From a virus, in the IMG/VR virus record IMGVR_UViG_3300049216_000067: 64,000 nt of DNA; one strand, written 5' to 3'. The stretch's first letter is position 1. Every line of letters begins with the position of its first letter. Positions 19,120-29,104 of the stretch are shown in pieces. The translations under genes were made by a program, and so were the position numbers. The notes under the pieces are model-generated. The model searched no databases and was not told where the DNA came from. It worked only from the letters and a program-made list of their open reading frames with translations.

Positions 19120-20645
19120 TTTGGGTCCTTTAATTCTATTGCGTAGTGTGAAGTATTAAACTTCTCATTGGTGTAAAGCTTCATTCGCTTGACGTAGTGG
19201 TCAAGTGTGTAGTTGAAATCGTCTCTTGCATTTTCTCTAAAGTCGTCTGCGATATCGTACAACGTAGCGGTTGTTTTCCCATCTCCAAGACCGAGAGAGC
19301 GTCCAATACTTTGTAATGTTCTGATCTTCGCTTTTGTAGGTGTGGCGAGAATGATGTTGTGTAGGTTGCGGATAGTAATTCCGGTACTGAACACAAATGA
19401 TCCCACGATAATAGCATCTCGTTCACCGTCAACGATTCTACGGATTTCTTCTCGGACATCGGTTTCCGTAGTACCATTAACAAAGTATACTTTTCTTGCA
19501 CTTCCATTCAATTTATCCTTAATAAGATCGTATATTATACGACCATGTTTTTCATAATGAAACATCAACAATGTATTACCTTCGAGAGAAATGGCTAGAT
19601 TTCGAATAAATCGATTCCTAGGAAGGTAATTGATTATATAGTCCATCTCTGCTTTATAACCGGCAGCGGCACTGATTCCGGAAACCAATAGTCTGACTTT
19701 ATCTTTGGTACCGATAGGGTATTTAAGAACAAGACTTTTAATAGATAAAGTAGCAATGTGTCCATCATCCATTAATTTCTTGGTTGTGGTTAGTTTTGAA
19801 ATAGGACCAAAATAACCTTCAACCTTAAGATTATTCACATCCTCTTCATGGGTCGTACCTGTAGTTGCCAATCGATAAGATGCATTGACGCATCTTCCGG
19901 CAACCTTACCTATCTCGGAAGCTGAAAATGTATGGGCTTCGTCGCCTATAATGTAGTCGAACTGTTCAAAGAACGTATTAGGCAGCTTATAGAGGCTTTG
20001 CCACGTAGATATCAAAAGTTGAGTGCCTGGGAGCACCTGATTGCTATAACCTTCGTAAAGCCTCTGTACGCGGTCCTGTACCGGCCATTGGTTGGCGCTA
20101 GAGTAATCCTCGAAGTCCGTGTACATCTGCTCTACGAGGCTTGTGGTAGGAACCACGAGCAATCCCCTAGAACATTTACTGCCCAGTAAATATCGAACGT
20201 AACCATAAATCATGTAGCTTTTACCGGATCGAGTCGGACTGATCATGGTTAAACGTTTGTAACGAATAGCTTTGGCTAAACCGATTTCTTGATATTCCCT
20301 GGCTTCAAGTGATTCACCACGACTGTGGATATTCAAACTCTTAAGAAACTCTTTGGCTTCTAATCTTGAAAAATCGTTGTATAAGAATATTTCCCGGTTG
20401 AATCCAATTGTATACTTACGTTCCCTGGCAAAATCAAACAGGTATTTGAGCAATCCGCTATAGAGGTATCGAGTTCGAAGATTGTATAGACGGACGTATC
20501 CATCCCAGCCTTTTCTTCCACCTGGTGTGAATTGAAAGTTTGGTTTTTGAAATTTGAAGAATTCACTGAGTTCTTTTTCGATGCCTGGATCTGCTGTAAC
20601 TTTCGTGTAAACTTCATTAATCTTTTGAAGTTGAATGTCCGTCAT
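19116..20645 (-). CDS. uvsW: SF2 DNA helicase UvsW
   Basis: SPTRSGKS, VPTTSLVEQM, STWQS, GDEAH, LQSIGR. Confidence 0.96.
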   Translation of the reverse strand: MTDIQLQKINEVYTKVTADPGIEKELSEFFKFQKPNFQFTPGGRKGWDGYVRLYNLRTRYLYSGLLKYLFDFARERKYTIGFNREIFLYNDFSRLEAKEFLKSLNIHSRGESLEAREYQEIGLAKAIRYKRLTMISPTRSGKSYMIYGYVRYLLGSKCSRGLLVVPTTSLVEQMYTDFEDYSSANQWPVQDRVQRLYEGYSNQVLPGTQLLISTWQSLYKLPNTFFEQFDYIIGDEAHTFSASEIGKVAGRCVNASYRLATTGTTHEEDVNNLKVEGYFGPISKLTTTKKLMDDGHIATLSIKSLVLKYPIGTKDKVRLLVSGISAAAGYKAEMDYIINYLPRNRFIRNLAISLEGNTLLMFHYEKHGRIIYDLIKDKLNGSARKVYFVNGTTETDVREEIRRIVDGERDAIIVGSFVFSTGITIRNLHNIILATPTKAKIRTLQSIGRSLGLGDGKTTATLYDIADDFRENARDDFNYTLDHYVKRMKLYTNEKFNTSHYAIELKDPK

Positions 20646-20778
20646 TTACTTCCAATTCGTCATCAAGAGGATCACTAAGACCGGCAGCACCGCCCAAACT
20701 ATTGGTAAGAAATCTTGCAATTATGAATGACACAAGAAGTGTAAATATGACTCCGCATCCGAATCCTAGTAAGAACAT
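20617..20778 (-). CDS. Small membrane protein
   Basis: MFLLGFGCGVIFTLLVSFIIA hydrophobic helix; TAATG coupling to uvsY. Confidence 0.55.
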   Translation of the reverse strand: MFLLGFGCGVIFTLLVSFIIARFLTNSLGGAAGLSDPLDDELEVNDGHSTSKD

Positions 20779-21227
20779 TATTGTCCCCTTATAAATTTTT
20801 CCCAAGCCATGTATTCACGTAGCTGGAACGTCCTTGAATTAAGCTCTTTACAAACAGCCGTACAAAATGAAATGGCTTCTTCGTTAGCAATCATATTTTT
20901 CTTCAGATCGATCAAATCTTGATCAGCGTCAAGATAGGCACTTAGATCTGGTTTGTTTACCAGTGCTGGAAAAGCTTTCCAACCTTTTTCTTTAAGAACA
21001 TCAGTGCCGTTCAAACGCCCTGAATAGTATTCGACTTTCAATTTCTTCAATTGATCAAAGTCAAATTTCTTCATTTTAAGAGAAACGGAGTGAGCCGTTA
21101 TTTGAGTCACGTATTTAGAATGCAGAACAGGAATTCTTACGATTTCTAGTTGTGGATCTGTAGTATTAATGACTGAATCGGCTTGCCATTCTTCTAATAG
21201 TTTTTCTAATGATATGCATTTCATCAA
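20778..21227 (-). CDS. uvsY: Recombination mediator UvsY
   Basis: WQADSVI..IPVLHSKY..YYSG..YLDAD..RTFQLREYMAWEKF. Confidence 0.92.
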   Translation of the reverse strand: MMKCISLEKLLEEWQADSVINTTDPQLEIVRIPVLHSKYVTQITAHSVSLKMKKFDFDQLKKLKVEYYSGRLNGTDVLKEKGWKAFPALVNKPDLSAYLDADQDLIDLKKNMIANEEAISFCTAVCKELNSRTFQLREYMAWEKFIRGQ

Positions 21228-21254
21228 GACAGTATATCACAAATAACTTTAATA

Positions 21255-21806
21255 TTATACCTGTCTGTTGATTTGCATCATTGTAAATCTGAAAGATGCT
21301 GTTGCTGTGATAATCGTAGATGCATCTACTTTAGTGCTTAGTTGGATACCGCTCAAACTCTCTGGAAACATCTGTGTAAAGCTAATAGAAAGAATTGGGT
21401 TGTTTTTGTTGGTCAAGATCGTCAATGTGCCGTCAGAATATTGTGGCTGCTTGGAAGCGATCTGAAGACGTTGTTGCATTGAAAGATTCTTGTATTCTTG
21501 GAAACTTTCCGGAATACCTATACCTTTCAACCAGTCTTGGACACTGGTGTATGACCATAGGGCCTCATCGACAGCAAAGGTCATTGTCAAAGCTTCGTAG
21601 ACGGTCTTGTTGCCTGGAAGAGGCGCATTTACGAACGGAGTATCTTGATTCGCTGCGGCTACCCTAATGCCTGGAATGTTGACATCTTGAAGGAAAAATT
21701 GAACGTAAGGGAGCCTAGAAAAAGTCATCTGAAACGTGCTTGATTGAAGCAAGTTTTGATCAGTTGGATTGGCATTAATGCCAGCAATTAAGGGTGTTAT
21801 ACTCAT
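21255..21806 (-). CDS. 3: Tail tube terminator / sheath stabilizer gp3
   Basis: NLLQSSTFQM..FFLQDVNIPG..VDE..YSDGTLTIL..FPESLSG. Confidence 0.85.
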   Translation of the reverse strand: MSITPLIAGINANPTDQNLLQSSTFQMTFSRLPYVQFFLQDVNIPGIRVAAANQDTPFVNAPLPGNKTVYEALTMTFAVDEALWSYTSVQDWLKGIGIPESFQEYKNLSMQQRLQIASKQPQYSDGTLTILTNKNNPILSISFTQMFPESLSGIQLSTKVDASTIITATASFRFTMMQINRQV

Positions 21807-21810
21807 CCCC

Positions 21811-21818
21811 TATTTATA
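21811..21818 (-). promoter_or_regulatory. T4-type late promoter TATAAATA
   Basis: Exact TATAAATA immediately upstream of gene 3. Confidence 0.75.
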
Positions 21819-22827
21819 GGGCTACTCCGAACTCCTGTAATTTACGGTGCATTTTCATAATAACACCGTGCATGATGTCCATCTGCTTGTCAAAGCGTGC
21901 CCCAAGGTAGATCTTTGATAGGTCGAGATATTGAATCTCATCATCCTCAAAACCGAATCCAACCCCAGGAATCGCTGAATCGATCTGTGGATCTCTACCG
22001 GTAGGAGGAATCTCTGTGTTATACCAAACCGCCCAACGACGCAAATCTTCCAAAGTCGCAGCAAAATTCTTTTTCCTTAATTCTGTGTGAATGCTTGCCA
22101 ACTGAAAGAATGTTCTGACACGCCCAAGATCGGCTTTGTTGTTTGCTTTTGCTGCGTTCCTAGTCAACTGTCTGTAATGGTTCAGAACAGCTTTTGATGT
22201 TATTTGCTCAACACTACGAATAGGAAAATGATTGATCCTAATACCTGAATAGTAGTCAGGTACAATCAAACCGTTATCTAGTCTTTTCCACTCATGATTA
22301 CCATGCGTGATCTTCACATGTGGCGCACGATTCCGATCAATGATCGCTTTGTAAGTAATATGATTCTCGTTTTCCAATGGATTGAACACGGTGTATAAAG
22401 GGTTTTTGTGTTCAAAATAATCCAAACTTGTCGGCACCCAAGATCGCCACATGGCCTTTGGAACAAGGTGTTTTGGTGTTCTCTCTAATTTCTCTAGGAT
22501 ATCGTCTTTGGTCTCTTCGAGAAATTCATCAGCATCCAAAAACATAAACCAATCATATTGACCATTGGCATTGATGGATCGAAGGGCATTCGTGACTAGA
22601 CCGTCCTGATTGTAGGTGTTATCACCATCAAATGTGGTGCTAATTGGTAAACCTTCTTGTTTGAGTTTATTGAGAATGTAAGCGGTCGCATCAACACTGT
22701 TGTTGTCAATGATATAAATGTGATCGAAAATACGACTGTTGATTCGAACAAACAACTCAATAATATCGCATTCATCACGGACCTGTGTGATGCAAGCTAT
22801 TTTCATTAGAAACGATAGTTTTCCCAA
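21814..22827 (-). CDS. Glycosyltransferase family 2-like protein
   Basis: VRDECDIIE, IDNNSVDAT, FLDADEF, HGNH, HFPIRS. Confidence 0.8.
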   Translation of the reverse strand: MGKLSFLMKIACITQVRDECDIIELFVRINSRIFDHIYIIDNNSVDATAYILNKLKQEGLPISTTFDGDNTYNQDGLVTNALRSINANGQYDWFMFLDADEFLEETKDDILEKLERTPKHLVPKAMWRSWVPTSLDYFEHKNPLYTVFNPLENENHITYKAIIDRNRAPHVKITHGNHEWKRLDNGLIVPDYYSGIRINHFPIRSVEQITSKAVLNHYRQLTRNAAKANNKADLGRVRTFFQLASIHTELRKKNFAATLEDLRRWAVWYNTEIPPTGRDPQIDSAIPGVGFGFEDDEIQYLDLSKIYLGARFDKQMDIMHGVIMKMHRKLQEFGVAL

Positions 22828-23565
22828 ACCTGAACGATTAAATCGGTTTCGCTCTGTTTGAATGTGGTAATAGTGTAATAGTCTTTGTATGGGTAGGAAG
22901 ACTCTATCTTCGCCAACCCAGATGTGATTTCATCCTTAATAGTTGATCGGATCAGAAAAGTTTCACGGAGACGATTCAGATTGTACATTATAATCTAGAC
23001 CACTTCTTGTGTAGATACCACTGTATGGCTATGATGGTAATTAAAACACCAGTCCACATTATTGGAAAATGGAACCAGCACAGAACACAGAACCAGAACA
23101 AATCTATGATTGTCCACGCAATGACAAGGTCTTTTAACTCATCAGCGCGTTTTAGTATCTGTCTGATGCCAGCAGCTATATTTTCTTCTTGATCATTCAT
23201 TGTGTTTCCAACCAATGTTTAATATGAGCAACGACGCCGTTGGGACTGGCGTGTGCATAAATCATTCCGGGTTTATTGAGCCAAGCTGGAGATACTTGCA
23301 ATGAATCTAATTCAATATTGCCATTGTTTTCGATGTGGAATGTAAATCTACGCATGATGCGTATTGGCTTACCGTCATCGTATGTTTTGATGGTCTGAGT
23401 CATGTGATCGACATCATTGCACGAGACTATCAGCACACCAGGAGGCATCACAGTTGTGTCTAATTCCAATAGATTTGGAGCACCGAATTCTTTGTGAATG
23501 GAATCAGCCAGTTTCGTCAACTGATGAAATAGATACTCGTTCTCTAAGCCCATATTAATTCTCAA
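22806..23565 (-). CDS. Three small hypothetical ORFs (22806-22988, 22988-23215 membrane protein, 23197-23565)
   Basis: Tightly packed, same strand as neighbours; the middle ORF has two hydrophobic segments. Confidence 0.55.
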
Positions 23566-23607
23566 ATATTAAGATACTCATATTATGGGCTTTATATTCT
23601 TAATAGT

Positions 23608-24135
23608 CTATTTGGCGTATCCATTAGGGAATTTTGGTCTGTTGGTACCGTTCAGGCGCGGACCAACCTTATTGATTCTACCGCGCCTCCAACCTTCCGG
23701 AATGAAGCCGTCTCTACATTGCATAGATGTGATTCCATCGGTTATCCAGAAGAAACCATTGTTGTGAGTGTGACCTATCATCCAAGGAAGAGGTTTGCCT
23801 TTCTTAGCTTTGGAAATAGCCTCAGCTATCTCTGGTGTGCATGGATGTCCGTCGCCTCCAGGAGTCATATTATAGCCACCACCGTAGCTTCTATATTCAG
23901 CTATAAAATATTTCTCCATTTCCTTTGCTGATAACTCATCAAATGCAGTGAAGATATGATCAACAATGAAAGTTGACCAACCATGTTTTCTTATAGATTG
24001 ATGAAGTATATAAAACGAGCCACCTTTAGCAGAACTTTGATGTGCTGCAAGTCTCTGGGTTAGGCTAGTGGACGTTATACCGACATAAATCTTGCCGGTG
24101 TTCCTGTTTGTCAGACGGTAAATGATATAGTGCAT
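23608..24135 (-). CDS. GIY-YIG (Seg-like) homing endonuclease
   Basis: IIYRLTNRNTGKIYVGIT..RLAAH..GYNMTPGGDG, NUMOD-like ISKAKKGK tail. Confidence 0.85.
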   Translation of the reverse strand: MHYIIYRLTNRNTGKIYVGITSTSLTQRLAAHQSSAKGGSFYILHQSIRKHGWSTFIVDHIFTAFDELSAKEMEKYFIAEYRSYGGGYNMTPGGDGHPCTPEIAEAISKAKKGKPLPWMIGHTHNNGFFWITDGITSMQCRDGFIPEGWRRGRINKVGPRLNGTNRPKFPNGYAK

Positions 24136-24154
24136 TTTCTATGTATGCACAAAC

Positions 24155-24180
24155 AAAAACGGCCCCTTTCGGAGCCGTCT
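24155..24180 (-). terminator. Intrinsic terminator after gene 23
   Basis: ACGGCTCC-GAAA-GGGGCCGT followed by a T run on the minus strand. Confidence 0.8.
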
Positions 24181-24202
24181 AAGTTGGTTATCAAAGTATT
24201 AA

Positions 24203-25555
24203 TTATTTCAAATTAATAACAATGAACTTCCTGTAGTAGCAGTTGGTGTTAGCTGTGATAGCACCAAGTTGCTGGTTAGTTCCACCTGCGTATGGGTTTG
24301 CAACCAAACCGTAACGAGTCTTGAAGCCGATCTTTGGCTGGAAGGTGTTAGGGTCGATAGCACGAACCATCTGAAGAGGAACGTAAGGGCAATAGAACAA
24401 TCCTGCGTCGTATGCAGTTTGACCCTTGTAACCAACGGTTACGTAGTCAGCACCAGATACAGAGTAAGGATCGGCATAAACTTTCATACGACCGAACAAG
24501 GTACCGCAGAAAGTGTTGCCACTGTCGTCTACGTTCAAGTTGGTGTTGTTGGTCAATGCAGACTGGTAATCAAGCAAACCACTCATTGCCAACGCAGATG
24601 CGATGTCAGTAGAGCAGATAAGCATGTTACCCTTACCACGCCTAGTGTCCTTACCAATCTTGTTTGCTTCACGCTCAATTTGCATGATCAAAGACTTGTA
24701 AGTTTCAACCTGCCAACGGCCTGCGGTGTCACCACCAGTCAATGCAAGGTTGTAGATACCAGCGACGTTAGAACCGAACTGCGCACCAACGTTAGCTGTT
24801 GCGTAGATTGTACGGATAACTTCACGGTTGATTTCGGCCAAAATTTCGGTTGAAAGAATGTTGCTCAACTCGGTTTCTGCGTCAAGACCGTGAATTGCCT
24901 TCAAGTCTTGTGCAAGTTCCAAGGTGTAATCAGACTTCAAACCACGAGTGTTTGCAGTAACTGTAACCTTTTCGATGCTGAAACCCATGGTTCCCCATGC
25001 GTATGCACCGCCAAGATCTTCACCAACACCTGTTGGGAAACCGTAACCAGTGTTAGCCAAGCCAAAGCTTGAGTTTGCTGGGTTGGTGTTCTGTGTACCG
25101 TCAAATGGACTGAAGGTACCGTTACCAGACACCTGGTTGTTTGCTTCGTTGTACAAAGCTTCAACACCGAAGGTGGTGTCGTTAGCAAGGGTGTACTTAG
25201 AACGCATTGCAAAGATCAAACCTGTTGGACCAGTCATTGGCTGAACACCGCATACGTCGTATGCGATCAAGTTAGGCAAAGACCTACGAACAAGAGAGAT
25301 CAAGATTGGGTCGAAACCGGCTACTGGACCAGCTGCTGCGGCAGAACCGCTGTAACCACCAGTACCTGCTGCCATTGCTGGAGCAGTTTCTGTCAAGAAT
25401 CCGTTGTTAATACGTGCTTCTTCACGAGCAGCCTTTTCTTGGTTTTCAAGAATAACGGCAGTGACGGCACGACGGTACTTGTCACCAATTGGTGCAAGAC
25501 CTGGGTGGTCCATAACTGGAGACCACTTCTTTTGTAGATTTTCTGAAAGATACAT
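24203..25555 (-). CDS. 23: Major capsid protein gp23
   Basis: KWSPVMDH, AVILENQE, GFDPILISLVRR, GVQPMTGPTGLIFAMRS, FQPKIGFKTRYG. Confidence 0.99.
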   Translation of the reverse strand: MYLSENLQKKWSPVMDHPGLAPIGDKYRRAVTAVILENQEKAAREEARINNGFLTETAPAMAAGTGGYSGSAAAAGPVAGFDPILISLVRRSLPNLIAYDVCGVQPMTGPTGLIFAMRSKYTLANDTTFGVEALYNEANNQVSGNGTFSPFDGTQNTNPANSSFGLANTGYGFPTGVGEDLGGAYAWGTMGFSIEKVTVTANTRGLKSDYTLELAQDLKAIHGLDAETELSNILSTEILAEINREVIRTIYATANVGAQFGSNVAGIYNLALTGGDTAGRWQVETYKSLIMQIEREANKIGKDTRRGKGNMLICSTDIASALAMSGLLDYQSALTNNTNLNVDDSGNTFCGTLFGRMKVYADPYSVSGADYVTVGYKGQTAYDAGLFYCPYVPLQMVRAIDPNTFQPKIGFKTRYGLVANPYAGGTNQQLGAITANTNCYYRKFIVINLK

Positions 25556-25576
25556 TTTTGTTTTCCTCTATCGCAA

Positions 25577-26791
25577 TTAAAGTTGAGTCCTAGAAATAGC
25601 ATTTACATAAGCGTCCATAAGAGGGGAATTTTCCGTCTCGTTCTGGGCAGGAACTTCACTTTCTGCTAGAGCAATAGAATTAACTGTTGCTGGTTGCTGA
25701 TTGTCCTGCTTCACCTTGTTGAAATAGCTCTCACGAACTACGGTCAACTTTTTCTTGTAATCGTCTTCTGTGACGAACTCAACTCCCTCTGCGAGAGTCT
25801 TTACCTTGACTGCTTGTGTGGCGGTGAGACCTTCACAAACCTTAACAAGGATTTCTTCCTTCTTTGCTTCGTTGATCTTCTTTCCAAGATCAATTTGTGC
25901 ATTGATGCTGTTATTTAGCTTTTCTGTAAGTTCTGCAATTTCTTGTGTCAAGCTTTCAACAACATCTACCTTCTCAGAAGGCAATTCGATGTAGTGATCT
26001 TCAAACAAATTCTTCAAACCGCTAAGAAAATCTTCAACGATTTCGGCTTTCAAACCAGACTCAATAGCAACTTGATTTTCTTCCTTCCATTCGTTGACCA
26101 TAGCGTCTAAATATTCTTCGACCTGTTCTTCCATTTCAGCAGTGATTTCTTCAACAGATTCTTCTGCTGCTGCAATGATTTCGGCTTCAAGTTCTTCTGC
26201 AACCATAACGGCACGGGCAAGAACTGCGGCTTCAAAAATAGTGGTAAGCTTGGTCTTGAAAGATTCAGAGAATGTTTCGCCAGAAAGAATCGCATCGATA
26301 TCTTCCTTAACGTCCTTTTCCTTCATCTTTTCTTTCATTCTGGCAACTTTTTCTGCCTTTGCTTCTGCAAGCTCTTCGTCAGTAAGTTCAAATTCTTCCT
26401 TAGTAGGATGCATGTATTCATGACCGGCAGTAGATACGCCTTCGCCATTGTTTTCATCTGGAGATGTATGTGCGCCAGCACCTTGAAGAGAAGCTTTTGC
26501 AGCTGCTTCACGACCACCACCGGCAATCTTCAAATCGTGCATTGGCTCATTGCTATCTTGTGTAGCAGATTCGCCAGGAGGTGTTGCAACACCACGGTGT
26601 GCAGCGGTTACCTTACCAATCTCATTGCCCTGTGGGTCCTTATGAGTTGCACCACCAAGATCTACACGACCTTGTGCTTGTGGTTGCGGTCCACGTACCG
26701 TTTCAAGGTCTTGCATAGGCATTCTTGGAGAATCGGTACGAGACTTGTTTAGTACTTCTGCTGCTGCTTCGGTTAGTGACTTGTGAGACAT
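25577..26791 (-). CDS. 22: Prohead scaffold protein gp22
   Basis: FKTKLTTIFEAAV, WKEENQVAIESGLK, LKNLFEDHYI, MDAYVNAISR. Confidence 0.95.
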   Translation of the reverse strand: MSHKSLTEAAAEVLNKSRTDSPRMPMQDLETVRGPQPQAQGRVDLGGATHKDPQGNEIGKVTAAHRGVATPPGESATQDSNEPMHDLKIAGGGREAAAKASLQGAGAHTSPDENNGEGVSTAGHEYMHPTKEEFELTDEELAEAKAEKVARMKEKMKEKDVKEDIDAILSGETFSESFKTKLTTIFEAAVLARAVMVAEELEAEIIAAAEESVEEITAEMEEQVEEYLDAMVNEWKEENQVAIESGLKAEIVEDFLSGLKNLFEDHYIELPSEKVDVVESLTQEIAELTEKLNNSINAQIDLGKKINEAKKEEILVKVCEGLTATQAVKVKTLAEGVEFVTEDDYKKKLTVVRESYFNKVKQDNQQPATVNSIALAESEVPAQNETENSPLMDAYVNAISRTQL

Positions 26792-26818
26792 ATTTTAGAA
26801 CTCCTTGGAATACGGGTT

Positions 26819-26826
26819 TATTTATA
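26819..26826 (-). promoter_or_regulatory. T4-type late promoter TATAAATA
   Basis: Exact motif 28 nt upstream of gene 22. Confidence 0.8.
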
Positions 26827-26848
26827 CTTTTGAATTTCAGGGGATTAT

Positions 26849-27301
26849 CTATTTCTTCATCCCAGCGGAAATCAATTCGCCGTGATTTGATGGTAGGCCA
26901 CCATTAGCTATCGTCTTACCCTTTATCCAAGGGATTTGCTTGTTTCGCTTGTGCCAATTCTTAATCTTTTCTATAGCCTTTACGGACATTCTGGTTCCTG
27001 TTCTATCAGGAATCATGTTATCTTTGTTTGTTAATTCATAGTTTGGATACATCAATCTGAATCGTTCTATACAGAATTTCTCTAGTTTCAAAGCTTCTTC
27101 TGAAGACAACTCGGTGGCTACAAATTCGACTCGATGTTCAAGTTCCAAAGATCTAATAGTATTAATAATTCTACATTTATCCTTATTGTGCTTATCTCTT
27201 GTTCTGCCATGTACAAATGCTCTATCGCCAGTTCCTTTACCAAAGTAGAATGGGACATCATTGAATGGCTCGACTAGAGCGTATACATAACAATCATTCA
27301 T
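26849..27301 (-). CDS. GIY-YIG (LEM3-like) homing endonuclease
   Basis: YVYALVEP..PFYFGKGTGDR..H, EALKLE, LTN, PWIKGKT tail; between genes 21 and 22. Confidence 0.75.
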   Translation of the reverse strand: MNDCYVYALVEPFNDVPFYFGKGTGDRAFVHGRTRDKHNKDKCRIINTIRSLELEHRVEFVATELSSEEALKLEKFCIERFRLMYPNYELTNKDNMIPDRTGTRMSVKAIEKIKNWHKRNKQIPWIKGKTIANGGLPSNHGELISAGMKK

Positions 27302-27948
27302 TAAAGCTTGCTCAAATAATTTTGCATGATAGACAAAGCAACTTCTTCTAATTGATGTTGTTTAGCTTCTTTGATTGTCTTATTCATTTCAGCAATATCC
27401 GCCTCGACAATCACCCCATTAGCCCATATCCATTCGCGACCTTCCATCATGGCATTTACAAAAGCATCTGGAGCAGAAGGATCTGAAACAATATCACCGG
27501 CAGTAGCAAGGTGATAATCACTTTGGACGATGTTCAAACCATTAGATTCTTTAAGAGATCCCATACCACGGGTTGAAGTACCAAATTGAACGTTGTCATC
27601 AATTAAATGTTTGACGCATTCACCCATTGGGGTGCTAAGGATCTTAGAGCGACCGATCCAATTGTATTTGTCTTCTTTCAAAGAAAGGATTTTGTGGCTA
27701 GCACGATCATAATTAATAGTTGGGCTAGTTGGGTGACCTAATTCACCAACGGCACGGTTAGTGTCGATCATTTCTTTAATATAACGGTCAACTTCTGGCT
27801 TAAGGCTTTCGTACTTGTACATACGATTGTTTCTATTGCGTACTTCAGATTGAATATAGATACCCTCAATAAAATACTGCTTAGGTTTACCGTCCTTACC
27901 TTCTTCGATAAGAACTCTTGAATCGAATGCTTCTGTTAATAGTTTCAT
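27301..27948 (-). CDS. 21: Prohead protease gp21
   Basis: MKLLTE, RNRNNRMY, RAVGELGHP, STRGMGSL, DIVSDPSAPDAFV. Confidence 0.97.
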   Translation of the reverse strand: MKLLTEAFDSRVLIEEGKDGKPKQYFIEGIYIQSEVRNRNNRMYKYESLKPEVDRYIKEMIDTNRAVGELGHPTSPTINYDRASHKILSLKEDKYNWIGRSKILSTPMGECVKHLIDDNVQFGTSTRGMGSLKESNGLNIVQSDYHLATAGDIVSDPSAPDAFVNAMMEGREWIWANGVIVEADIAEMNKTIKEAKQHQLEEVALSIMQNYLSKL

Positions 27949-27950
27949 TT

Positions 27951-28214
27951 TTACAATCCCAAGCTATCCCTGCGTTTTAAACTTCTTAATCTTTTGATCA
28001 ATGATCTAGCGGCTTTTGCCCTTCTCTTCAACTTACCTTTTCTTGCACCCATTCTTCTATGTAGTTTTTCTGCGGCAGACATACGTACCAACTTACCACC
28101 ACGCAAAGCGTATCCTTTGACACCACTTCTCTTGATGTTTCGTTGTATCTTTCCACCACGAATACGCGATCTGATTCGCTTTATCCTGGCTCCTGCATGT
28201 GCCTTAAAACTCAT
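27951..28214 (-). CDS. Basic prohead core protein, gp68-like
   Basis: Extremely R/K-rich; RSLKRRDSLGL terminus; directly upstream of gene 21. Confidence 0.65.
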   Translation of the reverse strand: MSFKAHAGARIKRIRSRIRGGKIQRNIKRSGVKGYALRGGKLVRMSAAEKLHRRMGARKGKLKRRAKAARSLIKRLRSLKRRDSLGL

Positions 28215-28603
28215 TTCAAAACCTTTCGAACTATTCCAATAGTGCCTTTCTTGATACCTGAAGAAATGCCCCTGCTAATAAGGTTATAAACACCTTGTCC
28301 AGCTAGACTATTTTTCTTAGCAACCTTCTTTGGTTTAGCTATTTTGACTGGTTTTGGTTTCGGTAATTTAACTACACTAGCTTGTTTTTTAAGCTTAGTA
28401 GTTGCTTTCCTAACACCTGCCAATCTCTTCTTCAACTTACCTTTATGATAAGCATTAGCTTCAATATCTTTCTTCGGAACCTTTTCCTTAGCTGATGCAT
28501 GATGAGCAATCTCTTTGCTAGACTTTTTGATGTAAGAAGCAAGTGTTGTTTTGCTTATTTCATCTAGCCTATCTTCTCTGAGATATGCCCTAAAAAGTTT
28601 CAT
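28211..28603 (-). CDS. Putative internal head protein (basic)
   Basis: MKLFRAYLRE leader, LDEISKTTLASYIKK module, Lys-rich. Confidence 0.6.
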   Translation of the reverse strand: MKLFRAYLREDRLDEISKTTLASYIKKSSKEIAHHASAKEKVPKKDIEANAYHKGKLKKRLAGVRKATTKLKKQASVVKLPKPKPVKIAKPKKVAKKNSLAGQGVYNLISRGISSGIKKGTIGIVRKVLK

Positions 28604-28605
28604 TG

Positions 28606-29103
28606 TTAAGCTGGCTGCTTAGCCAATCCAAAGAAGTTATCGTTGTATTGTGCGTAAACATTTGCGTAACCACCACCAGCACCACCTTCTTTAATCAATG
28701 TAAGGATCAAAGAGAATGAGTCGAACGGTTCAGCGCCTTCGATAAACAAGTTGATATCACCACTGCCACCGGCAAGGTTTGCAGTGTTTGATGCAAGAGG
28801 GTTTGGCATGTAGGCAACAAATTGGCTAGATGTTTTACCACCCAAAATCAACATATCGTTGTTTGTTGCTGCTCCACCAGCTGCCCATTGAATAGAGCAA
28901 TATCCGTTAGCAAAACCTGCTGCGTACTGCACGGTTGTTGCTGAAAGAATGCAAGGCAAACTAGAGTTTGCATAGCTGAGTGTATTAGCTTGAACGATCT
29001 TGGTGTTACTGTTAGTTGCAGCGGTAAAATAACCGACAACCTTGACCACAGTCTTATCACCTGTATCAAACAAAATTTGAACTTCTGGTACGTTTGGTGC
29101 CAT
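28606..29103 (-). CDS. Virion structural protein (head cluster)
   Basis: QILFDTGDKTVVKVVG..GDI..SLILTLIK; A/G/N/T-rich like the structural genes. Confidence 0.55.
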   Translation of the reverse strand: MAPNVPEVQILFDTGDKTVVKVVGYFTAATNSNTKIVQANTLSYANSSLPCILSATTVQYAAGFANGYCSIQWAAGGAATNNDMLILGGKTSSQFVAYMPNPLASNTANLAGGSGDINLFIEGAEPFDSFSLILTLIKEGGAGGGYANVYAQYNDNFFGLAKQPA

Positions 29104-29104
29104 G

